Part shown: positions 44,055 to 46,043 of the stretch, one piece after another
Layout: the number at the start of each line of letters is the position of its first letter
Position numbering within the stretch: position 1 is the stretch's first letter
Source: a virus
Lineage: Duplodnaviria > Caudoviricetes
Reading direction: 5' to 3' (one strand)
Length of the DNA stretch: 46,043 nucleotides
IMG/VR virus record: IMGVR_UViG_3300032254_000009
Location: 1 to 46,043 of that record
Translations under genes and position numbers: made by a program
Notes under the pieces: model-generated
Told to the model about the DNA's origin: nothing
What the model saw: the letters and a program-made list of their open reading frames with translations, nothing else
Database searches by the model: none

Positions 44055-44337
44055 TCTCTAGCTTCTCTTGTAGGTCTTTGTACCATTGCAAGAGGTTCTT
44101 CTGTTTTAAGTTACATTTATCTAGTTGTTCTTGTAGATAAAAATCATGTAGAAGGAGAGCCTTCTGTGTAGTTCCTTCGAACTTATCATAGCTACATTCA
44201 GCTAGTAAGTCCTTAGGAGGTACAATAAGCTCACTTCTTATTATTGTGTTCGTTGAGCAACTTGAGCAAATCATCAGCAAGAGGCTTATCATCAAGCTCT
44301 TGTATAGCTTTCCTTTGTATCTTGTACTTGCGCTCAA
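44041..44337 (-). CDS. o-spanin (Rz1-like; likely start 44292)
   Basis: Lipobox-like ICSS-C, PP..LL..C and C-terminal CN; overlaps the i-spanin 3' end. Confidence 0.8.
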   Translation of the reverse strand: MSASTRYKGKLYKSLMISLLLMICSSCSTNTIIRSELIVPPKDLLAECSYDKFEGTTQKALLLHDFYLQEQLDKCNLKQKNLLQWYKDLQEKLENENR

Positions 44338-44542
44338 TCTCTTCTTCCTCTATTCTGTGCTCTTCTCTTATCTGCTCTGATACTTCTTGCTCAGCATGTA
44401 CCACCTTTATCTCTTGCTCTTGGTGCTTTATTATCTCTTCTGCTGTATCTAGCTTATTACTCTTGTATCTCAAGAGAGCTAGTAATCCAGCTACTAGAGC
44501 TGTTCCTGCTCCTACTAACCAGAGCTTCATTGTACTAAACAT
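44231..44542 (-). CDS. i-spanin (Rz-like)
   Basis: N-terminal TM plus coiled coil; overlapped by a lipoprotein gene. Confidence 0.8.
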   Translation of the reverse strand: MFSTMKLWLVGAGTALVAGLLALLRYKSNKLDTAEEIIKHQEQEIKVVHAEQEVSEQIREEHRIEEEEIERKYKIQRKAIQELDDKPLADDLLKLLNEHNNKK

Positions 44543-44786
44543 TCCCTTCTTCCTTAAAACCTGAATCTATGTAGCGTATCCTGTACTCCTTCTCTAAGAA
44601 CTCTGCTAGGCTCTGAGCCATCGTCCTGCTTCTACTTGCCTTGTGGAATACAGCTCCTGTACTATTTCTTTCGTGCTCTTTAGCTCTGAATATCTCTCTT
44701 AGTTTTCCTAAGTACCAGTGCGCTTGTTGCGCTTGTTCCCTAGTTAATATATCTTGTTGTAAACTATGGTTCTCTAGGTACATCAC
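44535..44786 (-). CDS. Hypothetical protein
   Basis: Overlapping operon gene. Confidence 0.65.
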   Translation of the reverse strand: MMYLENHSLQQDILTREQAQQAHWYLGKLREIFRAKEHERNSTGAVFHKASRSRTMAQSLAEFLEKEYRIRYIDSGFKEEGNV

Positions 44787-45031
44787 TTCTTCTCTTCCAA
44801 TCCCTTATTAGTCTTGAACCTTAGTATAGTGTTACCAACTAATATAACGAGCATAAGCCCTTTCTCATCTAGGTATTCAAGAACAAGAGGTTCAGCTAGA
44901 GCAGCAGTAAGTATAGCAATACCAGCTGTATTGAACCATATTGTCAGGGATTTGTATGAATTCTTTATTTGCTTCCATAACAAACCCTTTCTATTGTAGG
45001 CTTGTTTGATTTGATCTTTGAGTTTTTGCAT
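44783..45031 (-). CDS. Holin-like two-TM protein
   Basis: KS.TIWFN...N.ILR..T motif with two hydrophobic helices. Confidence 0.65.
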   Translation of the reverse strand: MQKLKDQIKQAYNRKGLLWKQIKNSYKSLTIWFNTAGIAILTAALAEPLVLEYLDEKGLMLVILVGNTILRFKTNKGLEEKK

Positions 45032-45102
45032 AGGGAGCCTATAGAGAAAAGCCTCAGAGAGAGGCTATTGAGAGCTGCGTAGATACAGCTTAGAGGGGAG
45101 AG

Positions 45103-45276
45103 CTAGTGGGAGGAAGGACAGGCTAGAGCTGCCCAATCGTCTATTGTTTGTTCAGAGAAGGACCAGAAAGGATCATTAAACCCCTGTTCTCTCTCTTTAT
45201 CTTTTAAAGGATCGTACTGTTCATTCTCGTACAAGTCGTAGGGATCTAAATCCCCATCTGTTACATTTGTATTCAT
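45103..45276 (-). CDS. Acidic 57-aa protein, probably leaderless (not in ORF track)
   Basis: MNTNVTDGDLDPYDLYENEQYDPLKDKE...PSSH*; ATG 8 nt after the -10 box. Confidence 0.5.
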   Translation of the reverse strand: MNTNVTDGDLDPYDLYENEQYDPLKDKEREQGFNDPFWSFSEQTIDDWAALACPSSH

Positions 45277-45284
45277 ACTACTAC

Positions 45285-45313
45285 AATATATAGATTAAAC
45301 TCAGATTTGTCAA
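45285..45313 (-). promoter_or_regulatory. Promoter for the structural arm
   Basis: TTGACA-17 nt-TATATT. Confidence 0.8.
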
Positions 45314-45618
45314 GCTAATCCCTATTTTTATTTTTGCCCCATCCTCTCGCTGGAGGGTTGTTTGATTAACAAAGGTAAACAAAGGGTAAAAGAAAGAAGA
45401 AAAGACATGTGTTCAAGGCAGTAGTTCTTTGTAGTCCACAAACGTTGGACGTAGTCCCTTTAAATCAATACATGCCGTTAGAGAGAGAAAGTAGTAGAGA
45501 GAAGAACTAAGCTAATCCTTATCTCTAGTTAACTATCTTAGAGAGTAGTAGAAGAGTTAGCTCTCTCTAGAGGTTCTGCTCCTCTCTGCTTCTCTTTATG
45601 AACCTTAAATAGGTACAC

Positions 45619-45647
45619 AATATATAGATTTTTTACTAAAATGTAAA
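45619..45647 (-). promoter_or_regulatory. Second promoter for the structural arm
   Basis: TTTACA-17 nt-TATATT with phased A/T tracts upstream (45651-45682). Confidence 0.7.
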
Positions 45648-45897
45648 GATAAAAAGTTAAAAAAGTTTAAAAAAGTTTTAAATTAGCTTAAATTAACTAG
45701 ATTAGCCTCTACGGAGTCTATGCGAGGGTTGGCTTACAACCCGAAGCAAAGGTTCAAGCTCTTATGAGCCTCTTGATGCGTTTATATTGTAACAATCCTC
45801 CCTACCCCCTTACTTCTTCTCTATCTCCTCTTAGAGAGCCTTATAGGAGCTTAGAGAGCTATAGAAGGTAATAGCCCCATGTTTCATAATTATTGTA

Positions 45898-46023
45898 AAA
45901 ATACTTTAGGTGTCTTGCACTATACAAGCAGAAGCCCCCCTTCCCCCCCTGCCCCCTTCTTTTATATGTGTGTATGAGGGAGACCTATTATTGTTGCATA
46001 TGCAATATAATGAGTGGAGGGTC
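45898..46023. repeat. Terminal direct repeat, right copy
   Basis: Identical to 1-126. Confidence 0.95.
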
Positions 46024-46024
46024 T

Positions 46025-46043
46025 AATGATACGGCGACCACCG
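46025..46043 (+). other. Illumina P5 adapter/primer contamination
   Basis: AATGATACGGCGACCACCG is the first 19 nt of P5. Confidence 0.98.

Noticed and set aside
533-45031. Stop-codon reassignment
   Set aside because: Long core genes are intact in the standard code, and TAA, TAG and TGA all end genes.
45700-45870. tRNA or other RNA gene among the hairpins near the right end
   Set aside because: Two short hairpins and GAGAGC-type repeats, but no cloverleaf or T-loop in proper context.
46025-46043. Biological terminal sequence
   Set aside because: Exact match to the start of the Illumina P5 oligo; a library artefact.

Overview
The window is an apparently complete ~46 kb lytic podovirus genome. 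Bases 1-126 recur at 45898-46023, followed by a stray Illumina P5 sequence. The genome has two convergent arms and no single-subunit RNA polymerase or integrase. The + arm (533-16330) carries early small genes, a T7-like primase-helicase, a family A DNA polymerase split into exonuclease and polymerase ORFs, a probable SSB, a sigma-factor-like protein, nucleases, a DUF3310 protein and a lysozyme-like enzyme. The - arm (45276-16331) carries lysis membrane proteins and spanins, two tail appendages, terminase, portal, scaffold, capsid, tail tube/nozzle, ejection proteins and an accessory fibre module. This layout resembles Zobellviridae (VpV262/SIO1-like), and the spanins imply a Gram-negative host. 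The most notable signal is a recurring gene-accretion signature: a synonymously recoded second copy of the helicase C-terminus, two unrelated genes framed by the same 29-bp and 25-bp repeats, RBS-ATG repeats and an orphan tailspike C-terminus. Other points of interest are a phased DnaA-box array, three minus-strand promoters sharing AATCTATATATT (one antisense to the early genes), a GDPD-tipped tail appendage, an Ocr-like acidic protein and unannotated micropeptides. All protein calls come from motif recognition by eye; no database search was run.
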